Assembly (NCBI GenBank): GCA_947585065.1
Contig: CANPWX010000002.1
Coordinates: forward strand, 1 to 43,002
DNA length: 43,002 nucleotides
Direction of reading: 5' to 3'
Source: an uncultured Bacilli bacterium
GTDB lineage: Bacteria > Bacillota_I > Bacilli_A > RF39 > UBA660
Below are positions 15,957 to 26,481 of the stretch, piece by piece; positions within the stretch are counted from its first letter, which is position 1; each line of letters opens with the position of its first letter. Position numbers and translations under genes: made by a program. Under the pieces are notes generated by a model. It searched no databases and had not been told where the DNA came from. It saw only the letters and a program-made list of their open reading frames with translations.

Positions 15957-18900
15957 TTGAAAAAAATAGGAAAATTTTTAAAAATTGGTTGCATAGCAAC
16001 TTTTTTATTTGGTTTTTTCTCATTTTTAAATCCTATGCGAACTTCAGCATTAACAGATATACTTATTAAAGATGGAGGAGAACAGTTAGATGACTTTGCT
16101 TTTTATAAACATAAAACAACTCCATCACTTGCACGGTCGCATAGAATAGAAATGATGAAAATGCAAAATTCTAATAAATTTGTTTATTGTATTCAACCAG
16201 GAACTTCAGTCTATGATGAATATTCTTATGATGGTTATATGAGTGATTATGAAGTTGTAGCAAATTTATCTCCAGAACAATGGAGAATGATTTCATTAAT
16301 TGCATATTATGGGTTTGAATACGTAGACAAAGAGGCAAATATAGATCATACTGCCTCAAAATGGTATTCGGTTACTCAAATGCTCATTTGGCAATATGCT
16401 ACTACTGAGTTTGAAATATATTTTTCAAAGAGTATCAGAAATGAAAGAATAGAAAAATATACTGAGGAGACTGCAGAAGTTTTAAGATTAGTAGAAGAAC
16501 ATTCTAAAAAGCCAAATCTTGGAAACAATATAGTAGCATATTTAGGTAGTAATCTAGTGATAAATGATAGCAATAACGTATTAAAAGGATATAAAATCAT
16601 ATCTTCAAATAATGTGAATGCTACTATTGATGGAAATCAATTAAAAATTACACCAAATAGTAAAGGGGATTTTTCTATCACATTTCAGAAAGAATTTAAT
16701 AAATATGATGGATTACCTATAGTTTATACGAATGCTACAAGTCAAAATGTAATGGCAAAAGGTAATTTGGATCCGAATAGTTTTATGATAACTGGAACCG
16801 TTAAAACAGGGGGATTAGAATTAAAAAAGTATGATTCTATCAACAAAAGTTGTACTCCACAAAAAGATGGAAGTTTATCTGGTAGTGTATATAAATTATA
16901 CAAAGAAGATGGAACTTTTGTACAAGATCTAATAATTGGTACGGATTGTTCTGCTAGTGCAGACAACTTAGATGTCGGAAAATATTATGTATTAGAAAGT
17001 AAAGCAGGAATACGTTATGAATTAGATACCGAAAAACATTATTTTACACTTAGTGCAGAAAATCCTCATGCAAGTCTAACAGTTTATGATAAACCTATAT
17101 TTGGAAACCTAAAATTGAAAAAATATGATTCTATTACCAAAAAATGTACTCCACAAAAAGATGGAAGTTTATCAGGTGCTATCTATAAATTATATAAATC
17201 CGATGGAACTTTTATCCAAGATCTGGAAATTAACTCTAATTGTGAAGCAACGGCAAACAATTTGGATATTGGCAAATATTATATTAAAGAAAGTAAGGCA
17301 GGAATACGTTACGAATTAGATCTAACACAACATGATTTTGAAATTTCATTAAATCAATTAAATGCAGAATTAACTGTGTATGAAAAACCAGTTTTTGGTG
17401 AATTACATTTAAGAAAAGTGGATGCTACAACAAATACTTGTGTATCTCAAAAAAATTCTAGTCTAGCAAATGCCGTTTATAAACTATATAAAGAAACTGG
17501 CGAATTTGTACAAGACTTAGTAATTAATTCTGAATGTGAAGCAAGTGCAAGTAATTTAGATGTCGGAAGATATTACATTCAAGAATCTCAAAGTGGATTG
17601 CATTATGAGATCGATCCTGAAAAATATTATTTTGATATCACGGCTAGTAAAATGGTAATGGAACTAACAGTAAAAGATGTTCCTATGTTTGGACAAGTAT
17701 CTATTAAAAAACACGATTCTCAAACAAATAGTTGTAATGCAAGAGGTGCTGCAACGCTAGCGGGTGCAGTTTATGGAATTTATGATGAAGAAAACAATTT
17801 AGTTACAAAATTAACAATTGATACTAACTGTTTTGCAGAAAGTGAAAAAAATCTTGTTATTGGAAATTATTATTTAAAAGAATTAACAGCACCAAGAGGA
17901 TATAAATTAGATACAGAAAAACATTTCTTTAGTATTACAGAAGATAATTATAAAACAGAATATGAAATTACATTAACAGATAAAGTTTATACAACAACAT
18001 TAGTCATTAATAAAACTTATCTTCTTGAAAATGGAGTTAAAGCAGAAGTAGGAGCGACATTTGATATTATTTCTAAAACAACTGGGAAAGTAGTTGCAAC
18101 GATTACTATTGATGAGTCTGCAACTGGAAGTGTAGAACTTCCTTATGATAATTATATAATACGACAAACAAAAACTAAAAGTGGTTATAAAAAGTCCGAA
18201 GATATTGACTTTAAAGTTGATGAAAATGTTCAAGAAAAAGAATACGTTACATTAATGAATGAACCATACTTAGCTAGAGTAAAAGTGAAAAAAGTCGATT
18301 CTAAAGGAAAAGATATTCCAATGAAAGGTATCCGTTTTAAAATATTTGATATCACAAATAATAAATATATTTGTCAGACAATTTCTTATCCTACACAAAT
18401 GAATGTATGTGAATTTGAAACAGATGAAAAAGGAGAGTTTATCACTCCAAAAGAGTTATATCCAGGTAACTATCGTTTGGAAGAAGTAGATCAAGTTTTG
18501 AATGGTTATTTATGGAATCCAAATGGATTAGAATTTACAATTGATGAAAATACAAAAACAGTTACAGATAAGGATTTAGGAGAAATTCTAAATATGGTTT
18601 TTGAAAATGAAGAAGTAACTGGTAAAATTGAAATTCAAAAAACTGGAGAACAAGTCGTAATTGAGAATGGCGAATTCACTTATGTTGATATACCACTACC
18701 TAATATTACTTTCGGTTTATATGATGATGAAAGTAACTTGATTGATACTTATACTACCGATGAACGAGGTAGAATTGTTATTGAAGATTTAAAATTAGGT
18801 AAATATGTACTTAAAGAATTAAAAACTGATGATAAATATGTTCTTGATGAAAAAGAATATAACATCGAGTTAAAATATAAGGATCAATACACAGCTGTTA

Positions 18901-20135
18901 TTACAGAAACATTTACTTTGAAAAATTACTTAAAGAAGGGAAATTTAGATTTTTCTAAAACAGATTTAGTTACTGGTGAAGAAATTCCAAATGTCAAAAT
19001 AGAAGTGTATACTGAAAATGATGAATTGATTTATAGTGGCATTACGGATGAAGAGGGTAAAATTACCATTGAAGAATTATCTGTTGGTAAATATTACATT
19101 CTTGAAAAAGAAGCTGCAACAGGATATCTTATTACTGATGAAAAAGTCTTTTTTGAGATTAAAGAAAACGGTGAGATAGTAAAGGCAGAAATGAAGGATA
19201 AACCTATCACAGGAAAACTAGAATTTACAAAAACCGACTTTGTTACTGGTGAGGTTATCCCTAATACTGTGATTGAAATTTACACAGAAAATGATGAGCT
19301 AATCTATACTGGAAAAACAGATGAAATTGGAAAGATTACCATTGAGGAGTTAAGATATGGAAAATATTACATCTTAGAAAAAGAGGCAGCTACTGGATAT
19401 CTTATTACTGATGAAAAAGTCCTTTTTGAAATTAAAGAAAACGATGAGATAGTAAAGGCAGAAATGAAAGATAAACCTATTACTGGAAAACTAGAATTCA
19501 CAAAAACAGACTTATCCACTTCGGAAGCTTTACCTAATACTTTAATTGAGATTTATACAGATAAGGGCAAACTTGTTTTTAGTGGACGAACTGATGAAAA
19601 CGGAGATATCACTATTCAAGAACTAGTTTATGGAAAATATTGTCTATATGAGACAGAAGCACCAGAGGGTTATGTTCTTAATGAAGAACCACTTTGTTTT
19701 GAAATTACAAAAGATGGAGAAATCATTAAAGCAAAAATGAAAGATGAAAGAATAAAAGGAAATATGAAATTTTATAAAACCGATGAGAATGGCAATCCTT
19801 TAAAAGGAGTAACTATCCAATTGTCTAAAGAAGATGGAACAGAAATAGGTGAGTATATCACGGATGAAAATGGCATCGTATATGTTGAAAATTTAGAATA
19901 CGGAAATTACTTTATTACAGAAATTGCCACGATTGAAGGATACGATTTAAGTGATGAAATTATTTCTTTTTCAATAAAAGATAATGAAGTTACTTTAGAA
20001 CTTAATATGGTTAATGTTCATCTTCCACAAACTGGATTAAAAGATTATGAAAAGATGATTGGCAATATGTTACTTTTAATTGGTAGCATTTTATTGCTTA
20101 TTACTATGAAAAAGAAAATTAAAAAAACAAATTAA
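15957..20135 (+). CDS. LPXTG-anchored surface adhesin: thioester-type (TED/TQXA) N-terminal domain plus many Cna-B/SpaA-like repeats
   Basis: Signal peptide. VYCIQPG (Cys codon 16188-16190) and SVTQMLIW (Gln codon 16377-16379) match the YC[ILV][QE] and TQxx[IV]W thioester motifs. Four ~98-aa Cys-pair repeats and three ~91-aa near-identical repeats. LPQTG at 20022-20036, then a TM helix and KKKIKK tail. Confidence 0.8.
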   Translation: MKKIGKFLKIGCIATFLFGFFSFLNPMRTSALTDILIKDGGEQLDDFAFYKHKTTPSLARSHRIEMMKMQNSNKFVYCIQPGTSVYDEYSYDGYMSDYEVVANLSPEQWRMISLIAYYGFEYVDKEANIDHTASKWYSVTQMLIWQYATTEFEIYFSKSIRNERIEKYTEETAEVLRLVEEHSKKPNLGNNIVAYLGSNLVINDSNNVLKGYKIISSNNVNATIDGNQLKITPNSKGDFSITFQKEFNKYDGLPIVYTNATSQNVMAKGNLDPNSFMITGTVKTGGLELKKYDSINKSCTPQKDGSLSGSVYKLYKEDGTFVQDLIIGTDCSASADNLDVGKYYVLESKAGIRYELDTEKHYFTLSAENPHASLTVYDKPIFGNLKLKKYDSITKKCTPQKDGSLSGAIYKLYKSDGTFIQDLEINSNCEATANNLDIGKYYIKESKAGIRYELDLTQHDFEISLNQLNAELTVYEKPVFGELHLRKVDATTNTCVSQKNSSLANAVYKLYKETGEFVQDLVINSECEASASNLDVGRYYIQESQSGLHYEIDPEKYYFDITASKMVMELTVKDVPMFGQVSIKKHDSQTNSCNARGAATLAGAVYGIYDEENNLVTKLTIDTNCFAESEKNLVIGNYYLKELTAPRGYKLDTEKHFFSITEDNYKTEYEITLTDKVYTTTLVINKTYLLENGVKAEVGATFDIISKTTGKVVATITIDESATGSVELPYDNYIIRQTKTKSGYKKSEDIDFKVDENVQEKEYVTLMNEPYLARVKVKKVDSKGKDIPMKGIRFKIFDITNNKYICQTISYPTQMNVCEFETDEKGEFITPKELYPGNYRLEEVDQVLNGYLWNPNGLEFTIDENTKTVTDKDLGEILNMVFENEEVTGKIEIQKTGEQVVIENGEFTYVDIPLPNITFGLYDDESNLIDTYTTDERGRIVIEDLKLGKYVLKELKTDDKYVLDEKEYNIELKYKDQYTAVITETFTLKNYLKKGNLDFSKTDLVTGEEIPNVKIEVYTENDELIYSGITDEEGKITIEELSVGKYYILEKEAATGYLITDEKVFFEIKENGEIVKAEMKDKPITGKLEFTKTDFVTGEVIPNTVIEIYTENDELIYTGKTDEIGKITIEELRYGKYYILEKEAATGYLITDEKVLFEIKENDEIVKAEMKDKPITGKLEFTKTDLSTSEALPNTLIEIYTDKGKLVFSGRTDENGDITIQELVYGKYCLYETEAPEGYVLNEEPLCFEITKDGEIIKAKMKDERIKGNMKFYKTDENGNPLKGVTIQLSKEDGTEIGEYITDENGIVYVENLEYGNYFITEIATIEGYDLSDEIISFSIKDNEVTLELNMVNVHLPQTGLKDYEKMIGNMLLLIGSILLLITMKKKIKKTN

Positions 20136-20149
20136 TAAATCAAAAAAAG

Positions 20150-20190
20150 GACTTTCTTTTCTGATTTAGAAGATTAGAAAGTCTTTTTTT
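20150..20190 (+). terminator. intra-operon hairpin terminator/attenuator after the adhesin gene
   Basis: gactttct-(18 nt)-agaaagtc followed by T7. Confidence 0.55.
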
Positions 20191-20218
20191 CTATTTTTAT
20201 AAAAAGGGGGGGATTTAT

Positions 20219-20554
20219 ATGTATGAAAATAATATTAAAATAAGTGGTCGAATATCAAGTATTTCAGATATACACACAACTTCAAGTGGAAAGGAATTCT
20301 GTTATATAAATATTGCTCAAAATGGTAGAGATAATAAAGGAAGATTTTATTCTGTTTATTTATCTGATAAACAATTAGAAGATTTTCAAAATCGAAACTA
20401 TAAGATTGGAGATCCTATTCGTTTGGTAGGAAGATTAGATTTTTATCAAAAAGATGGAAGAAATAATTATCAAATTAGACCTTATGAATTTTTAGATATA
20501 GAAAGTAGTAAGGAATCAGATATTACTGACACAGAACAAAATTTAGAATTATAA
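20219..20554 (+). CDS. short OB-fold single-stranded-DNA-binding-like protein
   Basis: NIKISGRISSISDIHTTSSGKEFCYINIAQN...IGDPIRLVGRLDFY fits the SSB OB-fold pattern. Acidic C-terminus. GGGGGGG RBS. Confidence 0.55.
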   Translation: MYENNIKISGRISSISDIHTTSSGKEFCYINIAQNGRDNKGRFYSVYLSDKQLEDFQNRNYKIGDPIRLVGRLDFYQKDGRNNYQIRPYEFLDIESSKESDITDTEQNLEL

Positions 20555-20563
20555 GGAGGCATT

Positions 20564-21064
20564 ATGAAATATTTTATAACAGATACGAAAAGCAAAGAAG
20601 AAAAATATTCATGGAATAAATTAGGAATTTATTGTTATGATTTAAGATACTTAGATGATCATTGGACTGAAATTTACTCTATTGAGAACTTAGTTATTGT
20701 AAATCATTATGGTTGCTTATTAACCAATGAAGAAATTAAACTAGGAAAAGAGTATCCAAATGATTTTATGCTATTTGAAGAATTTAAAAAAAATAATGAA
20801 GAAGTAAAAAGTATTGAAGAATTAAATAAATCTATTGAAGATTATGGAGTAATCGATTTATCAAATGAAGAAATGATTGATTATGAGTTATTAGTAAGAA
20901 TGAAATTAACTAAAAAAGATTTTAAATTAATCAAAAAGAAATCATTAAAAGCTCAAGAAAAATATATTTGTAATTATTATCATTCTAATGCAGACTTTGT
21001 GTTAATTCATAAGTATGATAGTGTTTACCAAATTATACATTTATTAAGGAATACTTATGCTTAG
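20564..21064 (+). CDS. hypothetical protein (conjugation operon)
   Basis: AGGAGG RBS. 166 aa, tightly packed in the operon. Confidence 0.5.
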   Translation: MKYFITDTKSKEEKYSWNKLGIYCYDLRYLDDHWTEIYSIENLVIVNHYGCLLTNEEIKLGKEYPNDFMLFEEFKKNNEEVKSIEELNKSIEDYGVIDLSNEEMIDYELLVRMKLTKKDFKLIKKKSLKAQEKYICNYYHSNADFVLIHKYDSVYQIIHLLRNTYA

Positions 21065-21707
21065 AAAAGGTGAAATTTTTTTAGGAAAAGACCATCAAAA
21101 GTATGTGTTTTTAGGATATCAAACAAAGAATAGAGTTTATTGTTTAGGAAAAAGTTTCTCTCATAATAATGAAATATTAGTTTTAGATACAAAATATATA
21201 TTACAAGAATTAGAGGAAAAAGATGAGACTATAAAAACCATGCCCTGGTTATATGAAGATTTAGAAGAATACAAAAATTCTACTTTAGAAGATAAATTAG
21301 ATACTTTTTTTGCAAATTTAAATCAAGAGTATAGTCAAAGAAAAGAGGAAACTGAAGAAATCTTTCATTTTAAAAAGATCAAAGGACTTGTAAGGGGGCA
21401 AGTTTCATATCAAAAGGAAGAAACTTTTGATGTGATAGGGTTTATTGTAGAATCAGAAATTTATAAAAAGAATAAAAAGGTTAAAAATTGTAATGGGTTT
21501 ATTTCAATTTATCATTCAAAGTGTGATTTATTAGCACCAATGAATTTTCTTGAAGAAGAAAATAAGATGAAATTTTATAATGGTGAGAATTATGTATTAG
21601 TAAAAGAAATTATAAAAAGTGAGAAAGAAATTCTAAAATATATAATAGAAAATCATTATAGCAATTATTTTATGAATGCTGTTCCAATTAAGGAAAAAGT
21701 ACTATAG
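21057..21707 (+). CDS. hypothetical protein (conjugation operon)
   Basis: 8-nt overlap with the upstream gene. 216 aa. Confidence 0.5.
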   Translation: MLRKGEIFLGKDHQKYVFLGYQTKNRVYCLGKSFSHNNEILVLDTKYILQELEEKDETIKTMPWLYEDLEEYKNSTLEDKLDTFFANLNQEYSQRKEETEEIFHFKKIKGLVRGQVSYQKEETFDVIGFIVESEIYKKNKKVKNCNGFISIYHSKCDLLAPMNFLEEENKMKFYNGENYVLVKEIIKSEKEILKYIIENHYSNYFMNAVPIKEKVL

Positions 21708-21725
21708 ATAAGGGGGTTAGATAAA

Positions 21726-22004
21726 ATGAAATTTAAATTATTAGCAGAAGGAATTGAAAAACTAGAGGGTGGTACGTATAGTATTGAAAAAATCTTAGAA
21801 GTAATACAAAATATTACAGGTTGGGCAATTCGTGTAGGTATTGCACTTGCAGGGTTATCACTCGTGATAGGCTTTGTTTGGTATACAGTCGTTGATGTAG
21901 ATCAAAAAGCTAGGGTAAAACAACGTATTATACAAACTCTTCTAGGAATTATGGGAATTATATTAGCAGTCTCTTTGGTTAATATTATTATTGATTTATT
22001 TTAG
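21726..22004 (+). CDS. small two-TM protein, VirB2/TrbC-like candidate
   Basis: 92 aa with two hydrophobic helices (WAIRVGIALAGLSLVIGFVWY, LLGIMGIILAVSLVNIII). Lies just upstream of the VirB6-like gene. Confidence 0.45.
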   Translation: MKFKLLAEGIEKLEGGTYSIEKILEVIQNITGWAIRVGIALAGLSLVIGFVWYTVVDVDQKARVKQRIIQTLLGIMGIILAVSLVNIIIDLF

Positions 22005-22012
22005 GAGTTTTT

Positions 22013-23515
22013 ATGATATTAAAAGCAATTGATTTATTAAGAGAACTCGGCTGGGGTGTAGTAAGTTTAATTTATAATTTTATAGATACCATTTATGATG
22101 TGATTTTAAAAATTGATGAACTAGATATTATAGGGACAATGTCTGGAAATAATATGTTCAAAAATTTTCATTCTTCCATTGTAGTAATTGCACTTACAGT
22201 TTTTGCACTTTTTGTCACATGGCAATTTGTAAAAAAAATTATTGAACCAGATGAAGGAGCTAGTTTTAGTCAAATTCTGTATGAAAGCTTTAAATGTGGA
22301 ATTTTAGTTTTACTTTCTACTTTTTTATTTATACAAATTACTACATTTTCTATTCAATTATCTGGTTTTGTTGGCAATTTTATTCAAAATCAAGAAAATA
22401 CATCTTTGGGTACTTCACTTTTAACTAACTATATTCAATTTTCTAATGGTTACAAAAATAGTGAAACCTTTGAAAATGATAATTATGAGAATATGTTAAA
22501 AGATGGAAGTTATGGTGCTGATCAACATTATAACGATAAGTATGTCAAGAAAGACCATTGGATACGATCCGATGAAAGAGATTATAAATATGATATTAAT
22601 TGGATTATGGCTTGTTTATGTGGCGGTTTCTTTCTTTATGCTTTAGTTTTTGCCTCGATTATGCTCGCCAAACGACAATTAGAATTTTTATTTTTATTTC
22701 TAATTTCACCAATAGTCTTTGCAACTAGTGTTTGCAACAAACAAAGAAGAAATGCTTTAGTAGAACAATTGGTTTCTTTAACAGTACAAGCAACCGCAGT
22801 TATGCTTATAATTGGAATTACCTCTTTACTTGCAGGTAGAATTAATGCTACTCACTTTTTCGATAATACATTTCAGAATATGATTACAAAATCTGTTTTG
22901 TATATGGGTAGTGCCATTTTTCTATTAAATGGTAGTCAAACAATCAATCGTTTTATTGGAAGTAATGTAAGTGCTAATTCTGGAAGAGAACAACTTATGT
23001 CTTTAATGGGTTTTGGAAGAATGGCTAAAGCAGGAGGACTTATGACCGCTGGAGTAGGACTTATGGGTGCAGGTGCAGTTACTAAAGGAGTAAATGCAGG
23101 AGTAAAAAAAACTGGAATTGCAAGAAAGTTTGGTGATGTTTCCAATCATTTATTAAGTACTATAGGAAGTGGTATTGCAGGGTTTGCCAATAATATTGCA
23201 TATAGTAAATTGCCAGATGGATCAAAGATTTATAATTCAAGCGGGATAATAAATAAGGGAATACAAAATATAGGTTACTCTATTAAAGAACACGGATTAA
23301 ATATGTCTTACAATGCAAATAAAAGAAATGCCAATTATGAAGGGCTAGGAATCAATAAAAAAATATCTTCGGGAACATCTATAGCAATGAAAGAAGGACT
23401 AAAAGTCGCATTAAATCAAGTACCAGCAATCAAACGAGTGAATTGGAATCCATATCTTTACAAAAAACAACAAAATATAACAGAGAATTTTTCTAAAAAT
23501 AGAAAGGAGCTTTAA
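22013..23515 (+). CDS. polytopic membrane protein, VirB6/TcpH-like channel component
   Basis: 500 aa, at least 6 hydrophobic helices, Gly-rich C-terminal segment. Position between the VirB2-like and VirB3/VirB4 genes. Confidence 0.5.
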   Translation: MILKAIDLLRELGWGVVSLIYNFIDTIYDVILKIDELDIIGTMSGNNMFKNFHSSIVVIALTVFALFVTWQFVKKIIEPDEGASFSQILYESFKCGILVLLSTFLFIQITTFSIQLSGFVGNFIQNQENTSLGTSLLTNYIQFSNGYKNSETFENDNYENMLKDGSYGADQHYNDKYVKKDHWIRSDERDYKYDINWIMACLCGGFFLYALVFASIMLAKRQLEFLFLFLISPIVFATSVCNKQRRNALVEQLVSLTVQATAVMLIIGITSLLAGRINATHFFDNTFQNMITKSVLYMGSAIFLLNGSQTINRFIGSNVSANSGREQLMSLMGFGRMAKAGGLMTAGVGLMGAGAVTKGVNAGVKKTGIARKFGDVSNHLLSTIGSGIAGFANNIAYSKLPDGSKIYNSSGIINKGIQNIGYSIKEHGLNMSYNANKRNANYEGLGINKKISSGTSIAMKEGLKVALNQVPAIKRVNWNPYLYKKQQNITENFSKNRKEL

Positions 23516-23516
23516 T

Positions 23517-23780
23517 ATGTATATTACTTTATCAAGTATAAAAAGAAGTTTTGGTTTTAATGGAATAGAGTTGAGTGATTTTTTTATAGGATTACCTACG
23601 ATTATTATTTCACTAATTTTTTTATGTATTACTAGTTTTCCGTTTATAGGAATCTCAACATTTATTATGGGAGTATTTTTATTATTACCAGTAAAAGTAA
23701 GTCAAAAAAATCGAATGTACAAAGTATTATATTTAGTATTCAAATTCCTATTTTCAGAAAAAGAATTTACATTATTATAG
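23517..23780 (+). CDS. small two-TM protein, VirB3/PrgI-like candidate
   Basis: 87 aa, two helices, immediately upstream of VirB4. Confidence 0.45.
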   Translation: MYITLSSIKRSFGFNGIELSDFFIGLPTIIISLIFLCITSFPFIGISTFIMGVFLLLPVKVSQKNRMYKVLYLVFKFLFSEKEFTLL

Positions 23781-23795
23781 AAGGGGGTAATTTTA

Positions 23796-26255
23796 GTGAA
23801 AAAAGAAGAAAAAGAGAAAAATATTCTTTTAAAACAAAAAGAATATATGAAACAGAAAAAATATATTACAAAAACAAGATTAAACAAAAAATATAAAACA
23901 TCACAATCTTTTATGATTACTGAAAGTGTATCTGATAATGGTGTTATTCATTTAAAAAATGGAGAAGTTGCAAAGGTTTTATCGGTTCAAGCGATTGACT
24001 TATCACTTTCTAGTGAACAACAGTTAAAAAACTTTTTTGCTCAATTAAAATATCTTTATCAAATCGATAATTTAGATTTAAAAATTTATAAATTAGATGA
24101 ACTAATTAACTTGAACATGAATAAAGATTTTTTGAAAGAAATGATGGAAAAATTCAAAGAAGATCCGAAACGATTAGAATTTTTAGAAGAAAGATACCAT
24201 TTAATTGAAAAATTTGAAGAAGACAAAACTTGTGTATCTAACTATTATTTTGTAATCAATGCTACGGATGAAACAATATTAAATAAAATAGTAGAAGAAG
24301 TGTTACGTATCAGTTTTAGTATGTTGCCTAGATTGTATTTAGAAAGATTAGATAATAAATATGAAATCTATCATTTTTTAATGAATTTATATTATGGTGA
24401 GGCAGATATAAAAAAAATATTAGGTTATGATATAGTTGAAATTCTTTCACCACTTAATGTGACAGAACGAAGTAGTAGTATGAAAGTGGATAATGAAGAA
24501 ATAGAATTATTGTCTATTAAGAGTGTTCCATTGTTTTTGGAAGGCTCTTTTTTTGAACAGATTTTTAATTTGCCAAACACTAGATGTTGCATTCACGTAA
24601 AAGATACGATTCAAACAGAAGATTTAATAAAAGTAATCGATAGTTCTTACCAATTTTTACTATCGGATCGTGCAACGACCAGAAAATTATCGGATGCGAC
24701 AGAATTGGATCGGCTAAAAGACAATTACCAATTATTAATGAATGAATTAAAAAATGGTGATGAAAAAATAAAAGAAGTCAATTTCATTGCAATTATACAA
24801 GGAGATAAAAAACAAAGAGAAGAAATAAAAGAAGAATTAAAAAGATTATCTTCTCTCTATCAAATTAAAATAGATACTGCTAGATTGAGACAATATGAAA
24901 CATGGCAAGCTTATGATTTATCAAGTAGTTCTTTACCAGATTATGGAGTGTATTTACCAACACTTACGTTATCAGCAGGTTTTCCTTTAACCGCAACTAA
25001 ATTTAATGATGAGCGTGGAATTATGATGGGAGTAGATACGCATACGGCACTTCCAGTTTTTTTTGATATGTTTCATTTAGATCCTAGTAGAACAAGTCAT
25101 AATATTTCTGTAGTCGCTTCCACTGGTGGTGGTAAAAGTTTTACATTAAAGAAAATTATTGTAAATGCTTTAAATCAATCAGGAACAAAAATTTTTATTT
25201 TTGATGCGGAGGCAGAATACAAGAAACTAGTAGAAAAAAATAATGGAGAATATATTGATTTATATTCCCGAGAAGGTGGAATAATTAACCCACTTCAAAT
25301 ACGTTTTTTACCTGTAGAAAATGAAGATAATGAGAATGATATAACAAATTGTCCTCTTGCCAAACATTTAGGATTTTTGGAAACATTTTATAAATGTGCA
25401 TTTGAAGAAATGAGTGAAAAAGAACTTGTAGTTTTACTAGAAGAAACAGAAAAATTGTATGAAAATTTTGGAATTACGAAAAACTCTACAATATCAATGA
25501 TTGAAAATTTGAAACCAAATGAATTTCCAATATTTAATGATTTAAAAAAATTAATTCAAGAAGATAAAACAAAAATTAAAGATAAACAAAAGCAAAAGAT
25601 TATAGAAGAAGTGAATATTTTACTAGAGCGTTTTTTAGTTGGAACAGATTCTTTTCTATTTAATGATTATACAAATTTAGATTTAGAAAAAAGTGATTTA
25701 ATTGGTTTTAATTTATTAGAATTACTTTTGAGTGACAATCAAAGACTAATTAATACACAAATGTTAAATATTCTAACCTTTTTAAATAATGCAATTGTTA
25801 AGAATAAAATAAGAAATGAAAAAGTAAAAAATAGTTTAGATAAAAAACATATTATGGTGGTTGTTGATGAATTTCATTTATTTATTGATGAAAATAATCC
25901 TGAAATTTTAAAAAACTTTAGTCAAATGGCAAGAAGACTTAGAAAATATTCTTCTTCCTTTGTTTGTGCAACACAGTCCATTCGAGATTTTATTGGAACT
26001 TCCAATGTTCTGAGACACGCTACAGCAATATTTAATAATTGCCAATACCAACTAACAGGAATGTTAAAGGAAGATGATTTAAGTGCCTATTTAGAATTAT
26101 TCAAACAAAATCCATTAACAGAAACACAGAAAGATTTTTTAATCAAAGCAAAACAAGGACATTTTTTATTACATATCAATAGTAAAAATCGTGTGAGATT
26201 ATGGGTGTGTGCCACTCCATTAGAAAGAGAATTAATGGGTGAGAATAATGAGTAA
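23796..26255 (+). CDS. VirB4-family T4SS ATPase
   Basis: 819 aa. Walker A VASTGGGKSF, Walker B IMVVVDEFHLF. GTG start with GAAGGGGG RBS. Confidence 0.85.
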   Translation: MKKEEKEKNILLKQKEYMKQKKYITKTRLNKKYKTSQSFMITESVSDNGVIHLKNGEVAKVLSVQAIDLSLSSEQQLKNFFAQLKYLYQIDNLDLKIYKLDELINLNMNKDFLKEMMEKFKEDPKRLEFLEERYHLIEKFEEDKTCVSNYYFVINATDETILNKIVEEVLRISFSMLPRLYLERLDNKYEIYHFLMNLYYGEADIKKILGYDIVEILSPLNVTERSSSMKVDNEEIELLSIKSVPLFLEGSFFEQIFNLPNTRCCIHVKDTIQTEDLIKVIDSSYQFLLSDRATTRKLSDATELDRLKDNYQLLMNELKNGDEKIKEVNFIAIIQGDKKQREEIKEELKRLSSLYQIKIDTARLRQYETWQAYDLSSSSLPDYGVYLPTLTLSAGFPLTATKFNDERGIMMGVDTHTALPVFFDMFHLDPSRTSHNISVVASTGGGKSFTLKKIIVNALNQSGTKIFIFDAEAEYKKLVEKNNGEYIDLYSREGGIINPLQIRFLPVENEDNENDITNCPLAKHLGFLETFYKCAFEEMSEKELVVLLEETEKLYENFGITKNSTISMIENLKPNEFPIFNDLKKLIQEDKTKIKDKQKQKIIEEVNILLERFLVGTDSFLFNDYTNLDLEKSDLIGFNLLELLLSDNQRLINTQMLNILTFLNNAIVKNKIRNEKVKNSLDKKHIMVVVDEFHLFIDENNPEILKNFSQMARRLRKYSSSFVCATQSIRDFIGTSNVLRHATAIFNNCQYQLTGMLKEDDLSAYLELFKQNPLTETQKDFLIKAKQGHFLLHINSKNRVRLWVCATPLERELMGENNE

Positions 26256-26481
26256 AACTATAGAAAGAGAGACTAATTTTGAAAAGAAATATTCTATTCG
26301 TAAAGAATTTAAAGATATTTGTAGAGAAGATTTTAATGATCCGACAGAGGAATTTACAGAGTTATTGTTTGATGTAGTACCTGATTCGATAATCGGAAAT
26401 GAACTGAAAAAAATAAAAGGAATGAAAGTGAAAAAAGGAAAATATTATCTTGTAGAAAAAATAAATAAAGGTGGAAGATGA
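26248..26481 (+). CDS. small hypothetical protein
   Basis: ATG at 26248 preferred over the track GTG at 26239. ATGA overlap with the next gene. Confidence 0.4.
   Translation: MSKTIERETNFEKKYSIRKEFKDICREDFNDPTEEFTELLFDVVPDSIIGNELKKIKGMKVKKGKYYLVEKINKGGR

Noticed and set aside
16171-18233. Minus-strand and alternative-frame ORFs inside the adhesin gene (16171-16359, 16376-16600, 16742-16966, 17125-17319, 18000-18233).
   Set aside because: They lie wholly inside a 1392-aa ORF with strong domain evidence. They have no RBS and a low-complexity or odd composition. They are shadow ORFs.
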